Positions 27,201-41,952 of a DNA stretch of 64,000 bases are shown here, piece after piece. The stretch's first letter is position 1. Every line of letters starts with the position of its first letter. The stretch spans positions 24,614,001-24,678,000 of the forward strand of contig OZ024740.1 of assembly GCA_964016885.1 (NCBI GenBank). Reading direction: 5' to 3'. Position numbers and translations under genes: made by a program. This stretch comes from Eledone cirrhosa (lineage: Eukaryota). Below the pieces are notes generated by a model. The model had not been told where the DNA came from. It saw only the letters and a program-made list of their open reading frames with translations, and searched no databases.

Positions 27201-29548
27201 ACTAGTGGTGACGATGACAGTGTTGACAGTGTTAGTACTAGTGGTGATGATGACAGTGTTGACAGTGTTAGTACTAGTGGTGACGATGACAGTGTTGACT
27301 GTGTTAGTACTAGTGGTGATGATGGTAGTGTTGACAGTGTTAGTACTAGTGGTGACGATGACAGTGTTGACTGTGTTAGTACTAGTGGTGATGATGGTAG
27401 TGTTGACAGTGTTAGTACTAGTGGTGACGATGACAGTGTTGACTGTGTTAGTACTAGTGGTGACGATGGTAGTGTTGACTGTGTTAGTACTAGTGGTGAT
27501 GATGACAGTGTTGACAGTGTTAGTACTAGTGGTGACGATGACAGTGTTGACAGTGTTAGTACTAGTGGTGATGATGACAGTGTTGACAGTGTTAGTACTA
27601 GTGTTATGATGGTAGTGTTGACAGTGTTAATACTAGTGGTGACGATGACAGTGTTGACAGTGTTAGTACTAGTGGTGACGATGACAGTGTTGACTGTGTT
27701 AGTACTAGTGGTGATGATGGTAGTGTTGACAGTGTTAGTACTAGTGGTGACGATGACAGTGTTGACAGTGTTAGTACTAGTGGTGATGATGACAGTGTTG
27801 ACAGTGTTAGTACTAGTGGTGACGATGACAGTGTTGACTGTGTTAGTACTAGTGGTGATGATGGTAGTGTTGACAGTGTTAGTACTAGTGGTGACGATGA
27901 CAGTGTTGACTGTGTTAGTACTAGTGGTGATGATGGTAGTGTTGACAGTGTTAGTACTAGTGGTGACGATGACAGTGTTGACTGTGTTAGTACTAGTGGT
28001 GACGATGGTAGCGTTGACAGTGTTAGTACTAGTGGTGACGATGACAGTGTTGACAGTGTTAGTACTAGTGGTGATGATGACAGTGTTGACAGTGTTAGTA
28101 CTAGTGGTGACGATGACAGTGTTGACTGTGTTAGTACTAGTGGTGATGATGACAGTGTTGACAGTGTTAGTACTAGTGGTGACGATGACAGTGTTGACAG
28201 TGTTAGTACTAGTGGTGATGATGACAGTGTTGACAGTGTTAGTACTAGTGGTGACGATGACAGTGTTGATTGTGTTAGTACTACTGGTGATGATGACAGT
28301 GTTGACAGTGTTAGTACTAGTGGTGACGATGACAGTGTTGACAGTGTTAGTAGTAGTGGTGATGATGGTAGTGTTGACAGTGTTAGTACTAGTGGTGACG
28401 ATGACAGTGTTGACAGTGTTAGTACTAGTGGTGATGATGACAGTGTTGACAGTGTTAGTACTAGTGGTGACGATGACAGTATTGACTGTGTTAGTACTAG
28501 TGGTGATGATGACAGTGTTGACAGTGTTAGTACTAGTGGTGACGATGACAGTGTTGACAGTGTTAGTAGTAGTGGTGATGATGGTAGTGTTGACAGTGTT
28601 AGTACTAGTGGTGACGATGACAGTGTTGACTGTGTTAGTACTAGTGGTGATGTTGGTAGTGTTGACAGTGTTAGTACTAGTGGTGACGATGACAGTGTTG
28701 ACAGTGTTAGTACTAGTGGTGATGATGGCAGTGTTGACTGTGTTAGTACTAGTGGTGACGATGATAGTGTTGACTGTGTTAGTACTAGTGGTGATGATGG
28801 TAGTGTTGACAGTGTTAGTACTAGTGGTGACGATGGTAGTGTTGACAGTGTTAGTACTAGTGGTGACGATGACAGTGTTGACAGTGTTAGTACTAGTGGT
28901 GATGATGGCAGTGTTGACTGTGTTAGTACTAGTGGTGATGATGATGTTGTTGACAGTGTTAGTACTAGTGGTGACGATGACAGTGTTGACTGTGTTAGTA
29001 CTAGTGTTGACGATGACAGTGTTGACAGTGTTAGTACTAGTGGTGACGATGACAGTGTTGACTGTGTTAGTACTAGTGGTGACGATGACAGTGTTGACAG
29101 TGTTAGTACTAGTGGTGATGATGGCAGTGCTGACTGTGTTAGTACTAGTGGTGATGATGATGGTGTTGACAGTGTTAGTACTAGTGGTGACGATGACAGC
29201 GTTGACTGTGTTAGTACTAGTGGTGACGATGACAGTGTTGACAGTGTTAGTACTAGTGGTGACGATGACAGTGTTGACAGTGTTAGTACTAGTGGTGACG
29301 ATGACAGTGTTGACTGTGTTAGTACTAGTGGTGACGATGACAGTGTTGACAGTGTTAGTACTAGTGGTGACGATGACAGTGTTGACTGTGTTAGTACTAG
29401 TGGTGACGATGGTAGTGTTGACAGTGTTAGTACTAGTGGTGACGAAGACAGTGTTGACAGTGTTAGTACTAGTGGTGATGATGACAGTGTTGACAGTGTT
29501 AGTACTAGTGGTGATGATGGCAGTGTTGACTGTGTCAGTTGTAGTGGT
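18261..29548. repeat. 36-bp tandem array with higher-order duplication
   Basis: Unit GTGTTGACAGTGTTAGTACTAGTGGTGATGATGACA. Matching ORF pairs offset by 3597 bp (21510/25107, 23470/27067, 24009/27606). Confidence 0.97.
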
Positions 29549-29594
29549 AAGAGAGGTCATATTTACATGTCAATATTGACGTTTCCTCATGCAT

Positions 29595-29890
29595 ATGGCC
29601 GAATGGAATCATTAGGTACCAGGTTCACTTCCACTGTGTATCACCTTGAGCAAGTGTTATTTATAATAACCCCAGGTCAACCTATAGCTTGTGAGAGAAA
29701 TTGAACAGATGGAAATCATTTGGAAGCCCATTAGGTTGAACGTACCTGAAACTGAAAGGGTCTGCCTTGCCACAAAGTGTGTCATGTTGAATCTCCCTAA
29801 AAAATCTCATTAAGTTTACAATTGTCTGTAGAATGTTAATTACACGAGCAAGCCATTCAATTGATTCATCAAGTGGAACACTCATTGTAG
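29595..29890 (+). mobile_element. Degenerate tRNA-derived SINE remnant
   Basis: TGGCCGAATGG..GGTTCACTTCC..CACCTTGAGCAAGTG, similar to the family B core. Confidence 0.45.
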
Positions 29891-30189
29891 AACCAAATGG
29901 AGCTCCATTCCCTTGTCTCCTATGTGTACCATTGATGAGTTTGGAGCAGTTATGGAATCTGTATCCTTTCTACCTGACAATATCTGTTGATCTCTCGCTC
30001 CCAGCCAGTCTGCAATTGGTCATGTGATTGAGACTTCATTTCAGACGTGGAAAGAATTAAAGGGACTTTACTACAAAGTTATATTGGAAAGTATATAGTC
30101 CGGCATTTGACTGCTTCTAATTACTTCCACCGTTATTTCTGGTAATTATCATAATTAAAATGTTAATGAGGGTAACGACTACAATATTG

Positions 30190-30942
30190 ATGATGTTGCT
30201 GATGATGATGATAGAAAAGAAATTGATTTTAGAGGATGGATGATGATGGGGATACTGATGGTGACGATGGAGATGCTGAGGAAGATAATGATGAGGTGAT
30301 AACGACAAGTATAAAGGTGATGATTGTAGTGATGATTGTAATGAGGATGATGTCACTGCTGCTGACCCTGATAAGGGTTGTGGGGTGGTGGAGTTGATAA
30401 TGTGGATGATGATAACGATGATGATGATAACGATAGTGATGATGATGATAACGATAGTGATGTAGATGATGAAGATGATGATATTGTTGATGATGGTGAT
30501 GTTGATGATATGATGATGATGATGGTGAGGATGATGATGATGGTGTGGTGATGATGATATTGATGATAATGATGATGGTGATGATGGTGAAGATGATATG
30601 ATGATGGTGATGGTGATGATGGTGGTGATGATGATGGTGATGATGATATGGTGATGTTGATGGTGATGATGATGATGATATGGTGATGGTGATGGTGATG
30701 ATGATGATGATGATATGGTGATGGCGATGGTGATGATGATATGGTGATGGTGATGATGATGATGGTGATGGTGATTGTGATGGTGATGGTGATGATGATA
30801 TGGTGATGGTGATGATGATGATGGTGATGGTGATGGTGATGGTGATGGTGATGATGATATGGTGATGGTGATGGTGATGATGATGATGATGGTGATGGTG
30901 ATGGTGATGGTGATATGGTGATGGTGATGATGATGATGATAT
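30190..30942. repeat. (GAT/GGT)n degenerate microsatellite
   Basis: Directly visible. Confidence 0.9.
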
Positions 30943-31026
30943 GTAGATGATCTATATGTCATGAATATTTATAACCATAATGAAGTAATCAGTAATCAGC
31001 GAAAGAATTTTGGTCGTTATGTGATT

Positions 31027-31035
31027 TACTACTAC

Positions 31036-31066
<31 letters not shown>

Positions 31067-31070
31067 GCTG

Positions 31071-31121
<51 letters not shown>

Positions 31122-31155
31122 TTGCTGCTGCTGCTGCTGCTACTACTACTACTAT

Positions 31156-31192
<37 letters not shown>

Positions 31193-31196
31193 GCTG

Positions 31197-31237
<41 letters not shown>

Positions 31238-31274
31238 GCTGCTGCTGCTACTACTACTACTACTACTGCTGCTG

Positions 31275-31336
<62 letters not shown>

Positions 31337-31348
31337 GCTGTACTGCTG

Positions 31349-31386
<38 letters not shown>

Positions 31387-31387
31387 G

Positions 31388-31460
<73 letters not shown>
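31027..31460. repeat. (CTA/CTG)n microsatellite
   Basis: Directly visible. Confidence 0.95.
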
Positions 31461-31519
31461 ATCAACATCACTTTCATTAAGTTTCATATTTAGAATTCAT
31501 CTTTTCCCTCATCGTCATC

Positions 31520-32757
31520 ATTGGTGGGGTTTATTGTTGTCAGTGGTACTAATGGTACCGTTGTTGTTGTTGTTGTTGGTGGTGGTGGGGTTTATTGTTG
31601 TCAGTGGTACTAATGGTACCGTTGTTGTTGTTGTCGTTGGTGGTGGTGGGGTTTATTGTTGTCAGTGGTACTAATGGTACCGTTGTTGTTGTTGTCGTTG
31701 GTGGTGGTGGGGTTTATTGTTGTCAGTGGTACTAATGGTACCGTTGTTGTTGTTGTCGTTGGTGGTGGTGGGGTTTATTGTTGTCAGTGGTACTAATGGT
31801 ACCGTTGTTGTTGTTGTCGTTGGTGGTGGTGGGGTTTATTGTTGTCAGTGGTACTAATGGTACCGTTGTTGTTGTTGTCGTTGGTGGTGGTGGGGTTTAT
31901 TGTTGTCAGTGGTACTAATGGTACCGTTGTTGTTGTTGTCGTTGGTGGTGGTGGGGTTTATTGTTGTCAGTGGTACTAATGGTACCGTTGTTGTTGTTGT
32001 CGTTGGTGGTGGTGGGGTTTATTGTTGTCAGTGGTACTAATGGTACCGTTGTTGTTGTTGTCGTTGGTGGTGGTGGGGTTTATTGTTGTCAGTGGTACTA
32101 ATGGTACCGTTGTTGTTGTTGTCGTTGGTGGTGGTGGTGGGGTTTATTGTTGTCAGTGGTACTAATGGTACCGTTGTTGTTGTTGTCGTTGGTGGTGGTG
32201 GGGTTTATTGTTGTCAGTGGTACTAATGGTACCGTTGTTGTTGTTGTCGTTGGTGGTGGTGTGGTTTATTGTTGTCAGTGGTACTAATGGTACCGTTGTT
32301 GTTGTTGTCGTTGGTGGTGGTGGGGTTTATTGTTGTCAGTGGTACTAATGGTACCGTTGTTGTTGTTGTCGTTGGTGGTGGTGGGGTTTATTGTTGTCAG
32401 TGGTACTAATGGTACCGTTGTTGTTGTTGTCGTTGGTGGTGGTGGGGTTTATTGTTGTCAGTGGTACTAATGGTACCGTTGTTGTTGTTGTCGTTGGTGG
32501 TGGTGGGGTTTATTGTTGTCAGTGGTACTAATGGTACCGTTGTTGTTGTTGTCGTTGGTGGTGGTGGGGTTTATTGTTGTCAGTGGTACTAATGGTACCG
32601 TTGTTGTTGTTGTCGTTGGTGGTGGTGGTGGGGTTTATTGTTGTCAGTGGTACTAATGGTACCGTTGTTGTTGTTGTTGTTGCTGTAGGTGGTGGGGTTT
32701 ATTGTTGTCAGTGGTACTAATGGTACCGTTGTTGTTGTTGTTGTTGCTGTAGGTGGT
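31520..32757. repeat. 61-bp tandem minisatellite, ~20 near-identical copies
   Basis: Unit GGTGGTGGTGGGGTTTATTGTTGTCAGTGGTACTAATGGTACCGTTGTTGTTGTTGTCGTT; GGTACC recurs every 61 bp. Confidence 0.95.
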
Positions 32758-32877
32758 AGTATTCTCGTTTAAGGTGGAGTTCTTATATTCATTGTTCCAA
32801 GTGCCCGCACACGTGTGTCTACGTGTATGTGTCTGTGTGTGTGTGCGTGTATGCCTGTGCGTGTATCTGTGTATTTG

Positions 32878-32917
<40 letters not shown>

Positions 32918-33998
32918 CATATAATATGTACATTTGTGTTTGTGAGCTCTGTGCTATTGGTGTTCGGTCAAAGAATTTAACACTTTACAGTCATTACCTC
33001 ATAACTGGTTGTGTTAATTACCGCCATCATTCTCCACTAATTAAACGCTTTGATACTGAAAACTACCGCACTAACAATTAATGAATGTACGTACACACAC
33101 ACACACACACACATACACACACACACACACACACATACACACACACATACACACACACACACACAGACACACACACACACATACACACACACACACAACT
33201 GACAGAGAAACAAATATACATTCGTTGATACACACACATAATAAACACAAATATACAGACATACAGAAAGGGCGGCGAATCACCAGAGTCGTTTTGGCGG
33301 AGGATGAAATGACTAACGATATTTGTTGAAGATCTTTGAGTTGAAATATATCTGAGGTCAACTTTGCCTTTCAGTCTTATAGAGTCGATACAATAAAAAT
33401 ACCTGGCAGATGTATGGGAGGAAGTGGTCGAGGACCGGAAGTAAAAATCTGCCTCTGGTTTACTTGCTTTAAACTAAATGTCGTAAACATACTGGCCAGA
33501 TCTCTGTTTTAAGTATATACTGAAATGTGTTCAATACGCTGACGCGTATGTATATATGTATGTATATATATATGTGTGTGTGTGGGGGGGGGGTGCGTGC
33601 GTGTGTGTGTGTGTGTGAATGTGTATTTCCATACATTTATATGTATGAGTATATAAATATAAACGAGCAAACACAGACACATGCACATACATTCACACAC
33701 AGCATAGACAATGGAACGCCAGCCGATAATTTACTATATGTTTTTCACCATCCATTCCTTCCTTTTACACACACAAACATTGTGTGACGGACGGAAATAG
33801 CTGAAATTTATATATATAGATTCATCCCTCCTCTCTAATATGTCACGGAATCTCTGGAACAGAAATTGTATATTACTCTTCTCTCGCTGATTAACCAGTA
33901 AAAAAAAAAATATAAAGGCATGCACATACATAGACATACAGATACCTATATATACAATCTAAAATCACAAACAGTTGTACCGTCACATATTTAAATAT

Positions 33999-34168
33999 TG
34001 GTGGATTGGCAGTATTGGTAGAGGGTCGGATACCATGCTTTGAGGCATGGAGTTACGTCCCTTGCTATTCTGTTTTCAAATCCCGCCGAGGTTAACTTTG
34101 CCTTTCATCCTTAAGGGGTCGATAAAATAAAGTACCAGTAATGAACTGGTTAATTGCTGGCAATTATA
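33999..34168 (+). mobile_element. SINE family A
   Basis: Matches the 10769 copy. Confidence 0.85.
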
Positions 34169-34198
34169 TTTTATTTTAAATATCTATTAAAAACTTAC

Positions 34199-34238
34199 CT
34201 ACAGAGAAACAAACCCATACAAACTCCGACAAATCCAT
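34199..34238 (-). CDS. Candidate first coding exon of a host gene (hydrophobic start, phase-1 intron)
   Basis: ATG..MDLSEFVWVCFSV-G followed by a consensus donor AG|GTAAGT in non-repetitive-looking sequence. No downstream exon identified. Confidence 0.3.
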
Positions 34239-34609
34239 GAAAGTTTTTTAAAGGAATGAAACTCTCTCAGTTTCGGCGAAGAGTGATCCAGTTGTTCGCT
34301 GAAACTTACATCCTTCTAATGAAATGAATATGCAAGTGCCTGATCAATCCACAGTCACGTGCGTCACAAACGTATTTCTCAGGAAAATTCAGCGTGACAC
34401 CGTAAGAGACAAGGTTCATGCCGACGGGCTGTATATTCTCTACCTTCTGCCTAGGTTCACTCAGGACATGTTTCACAGAACAAGATTCAGCCCCAGACAG
34501 CTAAAATACACTTGCATATGATATGTTGTTACAGCTCACACCTATGCAGGTTTAACTGGCCTCCTCCAAGATATATCTCGTTGGAGGTGTCTTGGACGAT
34601 TTAATGATA

Positions 34610-34762
34610 GGGACCCCAGTTCTATCATCTCATTTCTACAGCTGAGTAAACTGGAGCAACGTGAAACAAAGTGTCCTGCTCAAGGAAACAACACATCACC
34701 CGGGCCGAGAATTGAACTCAGAATCTTTCGATTGCAAGCCCAATGCTCTAACCACAAAGCAT
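34610..34762 (-). mobile_element. tRNA-derived SINE, family B
   Basis: Reverse complement has TGTGGTTAGAGCATTGG, GAGTTCAATTC and CCTTGAGCAGGACACTTTGTTTCACGTTGCTCC; matches the 63594 copy. Confidence 0.8.
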
Positions 34763-35772
34763 ATGATATCACGGTGTAGGATTGAATTCGGAACCTTAAC
34801 AATACAAAAACATCTTCCTATCAACACACAAAAACACCCTCCTGCGTACACATATATAACACAAAGTCATGTTCCAGAGTTACACAAAACATCTCTTTTA
34901 TTCGAAAATATGTATGGGTTTTTATTAATGAGATTATTCTCTGCTGCTTCACCGGTGATATCAATAGCTATAAAATAATGCAGCATCAATTACTTCTCTA
35001 GGTTACTCATAGTACACATCGTCATTAAATGTAAGGTTTTAACAAATGATGACTGAATGATTCACTTTACAATCATAATCTACCCATTTCGATCAGGCAG
35101 ATTTCCATCTGGTATGTTATTTAACATAGCCACAGATTGACTAAAGCAAACTCAATGAATTTTCCTTACAATGAAATTACCTAGCAGCTCGCAAGATAGT
35201 CTGTACCAGTAATTCAAACGGACAGCTTTGTCATTCACTCTGTCCTGTTGAATGTTCCTGGAAAATACGATAACGGCACAAATGCATGTGAAATTCTGAC
35301 CCACGTGTATATTAATATCCGGAGGGGAATCTTCGTTGATGCATACTCATCGTTTTAGGGAGCTCAATTCGATTCTATTTCACAATTAAAAAATATATAT
35401 TTGTCATTATTTATGTAGGTTTACAGATATAACGCCAAGCCAATATCACTGATTTAATATTTTCTAATATATTACTATATTAATATACAGATAGGTTTTA
35501 AGAACCAATCCCACCTCTCTTACGTCGGATAATTCCAAATGCTCGCTGCCCTGTGACATTACCTTAAAGCAAACGAATATAAATATAGCAAATATATATA
35601 ACAAAAGGTGTTTTTATTGCAAACACTCCATTTTTTATTCAATATCTGGTTGTGTCTGTGATCAATATTGTCTGTGCCAACCACATACACACAATCATAT
35701 ACTGACACACAAACATACATATATTTATAAATATAAAGTACTCACACATTCTCTCTCTCTTTCTCTCCTCCC

Positions 35773-35807
<35 letters not shown>

Positions 35808-35858
35808 CATATACATACACACACAAACATATATACATATACATACATACATATATAC

Positions 35859-35893
<35 letters not shown>

Positions 35894-35931
35894 GTTCATA
35901 TATACATGCAGACCCGCACACATACACACAC

Positions 35932-36179
<248 letters not shown>

Positions 36180-36551
36180 TCCCTGTGCTACTTCTCTTCT
36201 TTATATTCCCTAAAATGTCATAAAATGTATTTATATAAATACACACACACACACATATATATATATATGTCTCACTGTGCTACTTCTCTTCTTCTCTTTC
36301 TATTCCCTAAAATGCTATGTTACATCCCTCAGACCTGAACAATTCCAAGCTAATCCTGCATTATTAATCCATTTCCCTGAGATTTATGATGCTTCAGGGA
36401 TGAAGGAAATGGAGAGATGACATACATTTATATTTACATACATACACTCACAAAACATCTGCACATTGCTAAAGTACATGTATATACATACATACACATT
36501 ATCTGTTCATATTTATGTATGCATATATATAAATATCTATCTATCTATCTA

Positions 36552-36691
<140 letters not shown>

Positions 36692-36721
36692 GTATATATA
36701 TATAAATATAAATATATATAA

Positions 36722-36755
<34 letters not shown>

Positions 36756-36961
36756 TTATATTTATTTCTGAAGACGGCGGGAAGACGTATGTATATTTTC
36801 TTACTTTGATAATTTGTAATATATTTTATATTTTTACATCGATCACTAATAGAATGAACATACGAAGAACTGCCCCCCAGAAAGTATCGTAACGTAATGT
36901 TTTACTATGAATTACCCGTATTCTGTTTAAATTCATTGTTTTCACTATTTGTATATATATA

Positions 36962-38423
<1,462 letters not shown>

Positions 38424-38424
38424 T

Positions 38425-38600
38425 ATAACAGAGTATAAAGGTTTTAATATAGATGAGATTCTACAGGACTAGAACTGTTTCATTCTTTAGGAATCATCAG
38501 GAATCATGTATATATCAGGGAATCCTGATGATTTCTAAATAATGAAACAGTTCTAGTCCTGTAGAATCTCATCTATATTAAAACTGTTATACTCTGCTAT
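38425..38600. repeat. Palindrome with a hammerhead-like motif in each arm
   Basis: ~80-bp arms. The minus copy (38457-38505) reads GATTC-CTGATGA-TTC ctaaa GAAT-GAA-ACAG ttctagtc CTGT-A-GAATC. Confidence 0.8.
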
Positions 38601-38723
38601 GTATTGAGTACCTTACCTACTGTGGCTACCTCCGATTCAATCCGGAATAGCGTATATAAATATATATATAGATAGAGACATATATACATATATTATAAAT
38701 ATATATATATATGTATATATATA

Positions 38724-38769
<46 letters not shown>

Positions 38770-39257
38770 GATAAATCTACCAAGAGTTTACGGTAGTGTC
38801 CAATCCGTATGGAGAACTCAATGTATTCCGGATATCATGGAAAGAAGAGATGTAATGAAAAACCACTTTCGGTGAAAGATAAACGGTATACAGAGTCAAG
38901 ATAAAATATTAAACAAATAATGAATAAACAATTCCTTATATTAAACAAAAAAAGTTCATTATTTAACGATCGTTTCTAGGATATATATGTGTTAGAATTG
39001 GTATGCATATTCAACAGATCTATGTACAAAATTATACAAAATTATACAAATTATCAAGATTAAATATACATACCAAACACATATATACGCCGTCTTCAGA
39101 AATAAATATAAATATAAATATATATATATATATTTATATATATACATATATGTATATTTATACCTATACGTATATATATATATATATATACATACATATT
39201 ATATATATGTACACACATTTAGGTGTGTGTCTGTATGCACCCACACCCACACACACA

Positions 39258-39298
<41 letters not shown>

Positions 39299-39306
<8 letters not shown>

Positions 39307-39680
39307 GTGAGGATTTTTTTACAAATTGAAAAATAACCGAGGTGTCCTAGACGAGTGAAAGTATAAAGAAAAAGAGATGAAATCGAAAATGCAACTGGAG
39401 TCTTATTTTTTAAAAAATTATATATATTTATTTGGTTCCTTTACCGGTTTCGCAGTTCTTCTGCTTTTCAAAAGGTGAGTTGAGATGGAGGGTCTGTGGT
39501 TTTTCTCACATCTGTGAGAAAAACCACAGATGTGAGAAAAACCACAGATCCTCCATCTCAACTCACCTTTTGAAAAGCAGAAGAACTGCGAAACCGGTAA
39601 AGGAACCAAATAAATATATATATTTAAAAAAAAAATAAGACTCCAGTTGCATTTTCAATTTCATCTCTTTTTCTTTATAT
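39299..39680. repeat. Palindromic element (~150-bp arms) with variant hammerhead-like motif
   Basis: 39566-39603 reads CCTT-TTGAAAA-GCAG aagaa CTGC-GAAAC-CG-GTA-AAGG followed by AATAAA; mirror copy at ~39437-39475. Confidence 0.8.
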
Positions 39681-39683
39681 ATA

Positions 39684-40636
39684 TACTAGCAGTAAAGCCC
39701 GGCGTTGCTCGGGGTCGCTCAGTAGCTGTGTTAAAGTTACAATGTTAAGTTTCTTTCTTGGCTTAAAAACTGTAGTGTCTACTGTGCAGACTTGCATGTG
39801 GTGTTTTTGATTAATATTCCCTCAACCAACAATATGCCTTATGAAGTTAAGAAAACATAACGATAACCCGAATGTTATAACAAAAGAGGATGCTGGGGAT
39901 AGAAACTGCACTGGTTATTTATTAACAAAGATCGAAAATGTAAACACTGCAACGCAGAGAAAAACATTAGCGTAACCAAATTATCAGTTATGTCTGTCTG
40001 CACGCCTATATCACCTATCTGCACGACTGTCTGTCTGCACGCCTATATCACCTCTCTGCACGACTGTCTGTCTGCACGCCTATATCACCTCTCTGCACGA
40101 CTGTCTGTCTGCACGCCTATATCACCTCTCTGCACGACTGTCTGTCTGCACGCCTATATCACCTCTCTGCACGACTATCTGTTTGCACGCGTATATCACC
40201 TCTCTGCACGACTGTCTGTCTGCACGACTGTCTGTCTGCACGCCTAACGACGAAATATTTGCTTGTTTTACGTAGTCTTTAAATAGACTTGTTTTCAAGT
40301 AAAAATATTGTTTTAAAATGCTTTTAAATGGAAATGAAGCAAAACGGAAGCTTCGTGTATTGTGTTAATGTCATTTTAAACGCTGAGAAAGCCAGCGTAA
40401 TTTTTTACGTAAGACGCTCAATGTAAACAGAACAAAGGGAAATAACTGATAACTTACGCTAAAAAATCGATACATTATATTCTATTTCGTCACATAGGGT
40501 GGGTCAATTTGAAATTTTTTTTTTCCGATGTCTTCGCTAGGGCTCAATGTACAAGTCTAGCAATTTCGGTGCAATTCCGTGAGAGATTCTAAGAGGAGAT
40601 GTGTGCCAAAAATCGATAGACAGACAGACAACCACA

Positions 40637-40645
<9 letters not shown>
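39684..40645. mobile_element. Non-autonomous Helitron/Helentron-like (DINE-1/Lep1-type) element
   Basis: Starts TACTAGC..CCCGGCGTTGCTCGGG (hairpin), carries an internal tandem repeat, and ends (GACA)n..TTTTATATA. Confidence 0.6.
39991..40245. repeat. 37-bp tandem repeat, ~6 copies
   Basis: Unit CTGTCTGTCTGCACGCCTATATCACCTCTCTGCACGA. Confidence 0.9.
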
Positions 40646-40678
<33 letters not shown>

Positions 40679-40724
40679 CATACTACTGTACGTCTGTATA
40701 CATATATATATGTACGTATACATA

Positions 40725-40804
<80 letters not shown>

Positions 40805-40813
<9 letters not shown>

Positions 40814-41745
40814 AAGTTATTTACAAAGTCAAATGTTTAAAATTTAGCTTCATTTATTACTGCTATATATATTTCAATGACAGCCATCTTTGGCTGTGAC
40901 CTCTTCAGGCAGTCCGGATTAGTGTGGTATAGACAAGTACATACGTTGTTGAGGTGTATAATATTGTCAATAATCTGATATACCCAGTTCCTGGTTGGGT
41001 TGTTATTTCACTGAGGAACTGGAATCATATGAATTCAAACAAACGAATTTCAGTGTCAAAGGGCCTCTTCTCCTCTCATTGGTCAGTTGTTAGAACATTC
41101 CTCATTCTAAGTGTTGCTATTGTTGGAGTTAGTTTAAAAAATTGATAAAGTGGTAGAAGGAACAAGGTGGTAAAGGAACAAAATAACAAAAGAAAGGTGT
41201 CCAACTTCACATTGGTCAGTTTTGAGAGCATTCCTTAGTCAGAAGTCTATAGAATTCTTTCTGGGGTGAGGCTCCCTGTAGTCACCCCAAAAAGAATTCT
41301 ATAGCCTTCTGACTGAGGAATGCTCTCAAAACTGACCAATGTGAAGTTTGACACCTTTCTTTTGTTATTTTGTTCCTTTACCACCTTGTTCCTTCTACCA
41401 CTTTATCAATTTTTTAAGCTAACTCCAACAATAACAACACTTAGAATGAGGAATGTTGTAATAACTGACCAATGAGAGGAGAAGAGGCCCTTTGACACTG
41501 AAATTCGTTTGTTTGAATTCATATGATTCCAGTTCCTCAGTGAAATAACAACCCAACCAGGAACTGGGCATATCAGAGTATTGACAAAATTATACACCTC
41601 AACAACATATATACTTGTCTATACCACACTGATCCGGACTGCCTGAAGAGGTCACAGCCAAAGATGGCTGTCACTGAAATATATATAGCAGTAATAAACG
41701 AAGCTAAATTTTAAACATCTGACTTTTTATTTAACTTTATTTTAC
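40805..41745. repeat. ~940-bp palindrome of two outward-facing pLTR-like arms
   Basis: Near-identical ORFs 40954+ and 41406- confirm the inversion; centre at ~41275. Confidence 0.92.
41638..41692 (+). ncRNA. Type I hammerhead ribozyme-like motif (mirror copy at 40859-40914, minus strand)
   Basis: ACTGC-CTGAAGA-GGTCACAGCCA aaga TGGCTGTCACT-GAAA-TATATA-TA-GCAGT followed by AATAAA. Confidence 0.78.
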
Positions 41746-41834
41746 ATTACTCCGGAGTAACCAAACTATCCTGCGCAATTCGTCGTGTGCTCCAGCCTGC
41801 ATACTGAGGTGTGGTATACAACCAAAATATACTC

Positions 41835-41952
<118 letters not shown>

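Noticed and set aside
15696-29579. Very long Val/Met/Leu-rich ORFs
   Set aside because: Stop-free reading frames of the tandem repeat, with implausible composition.
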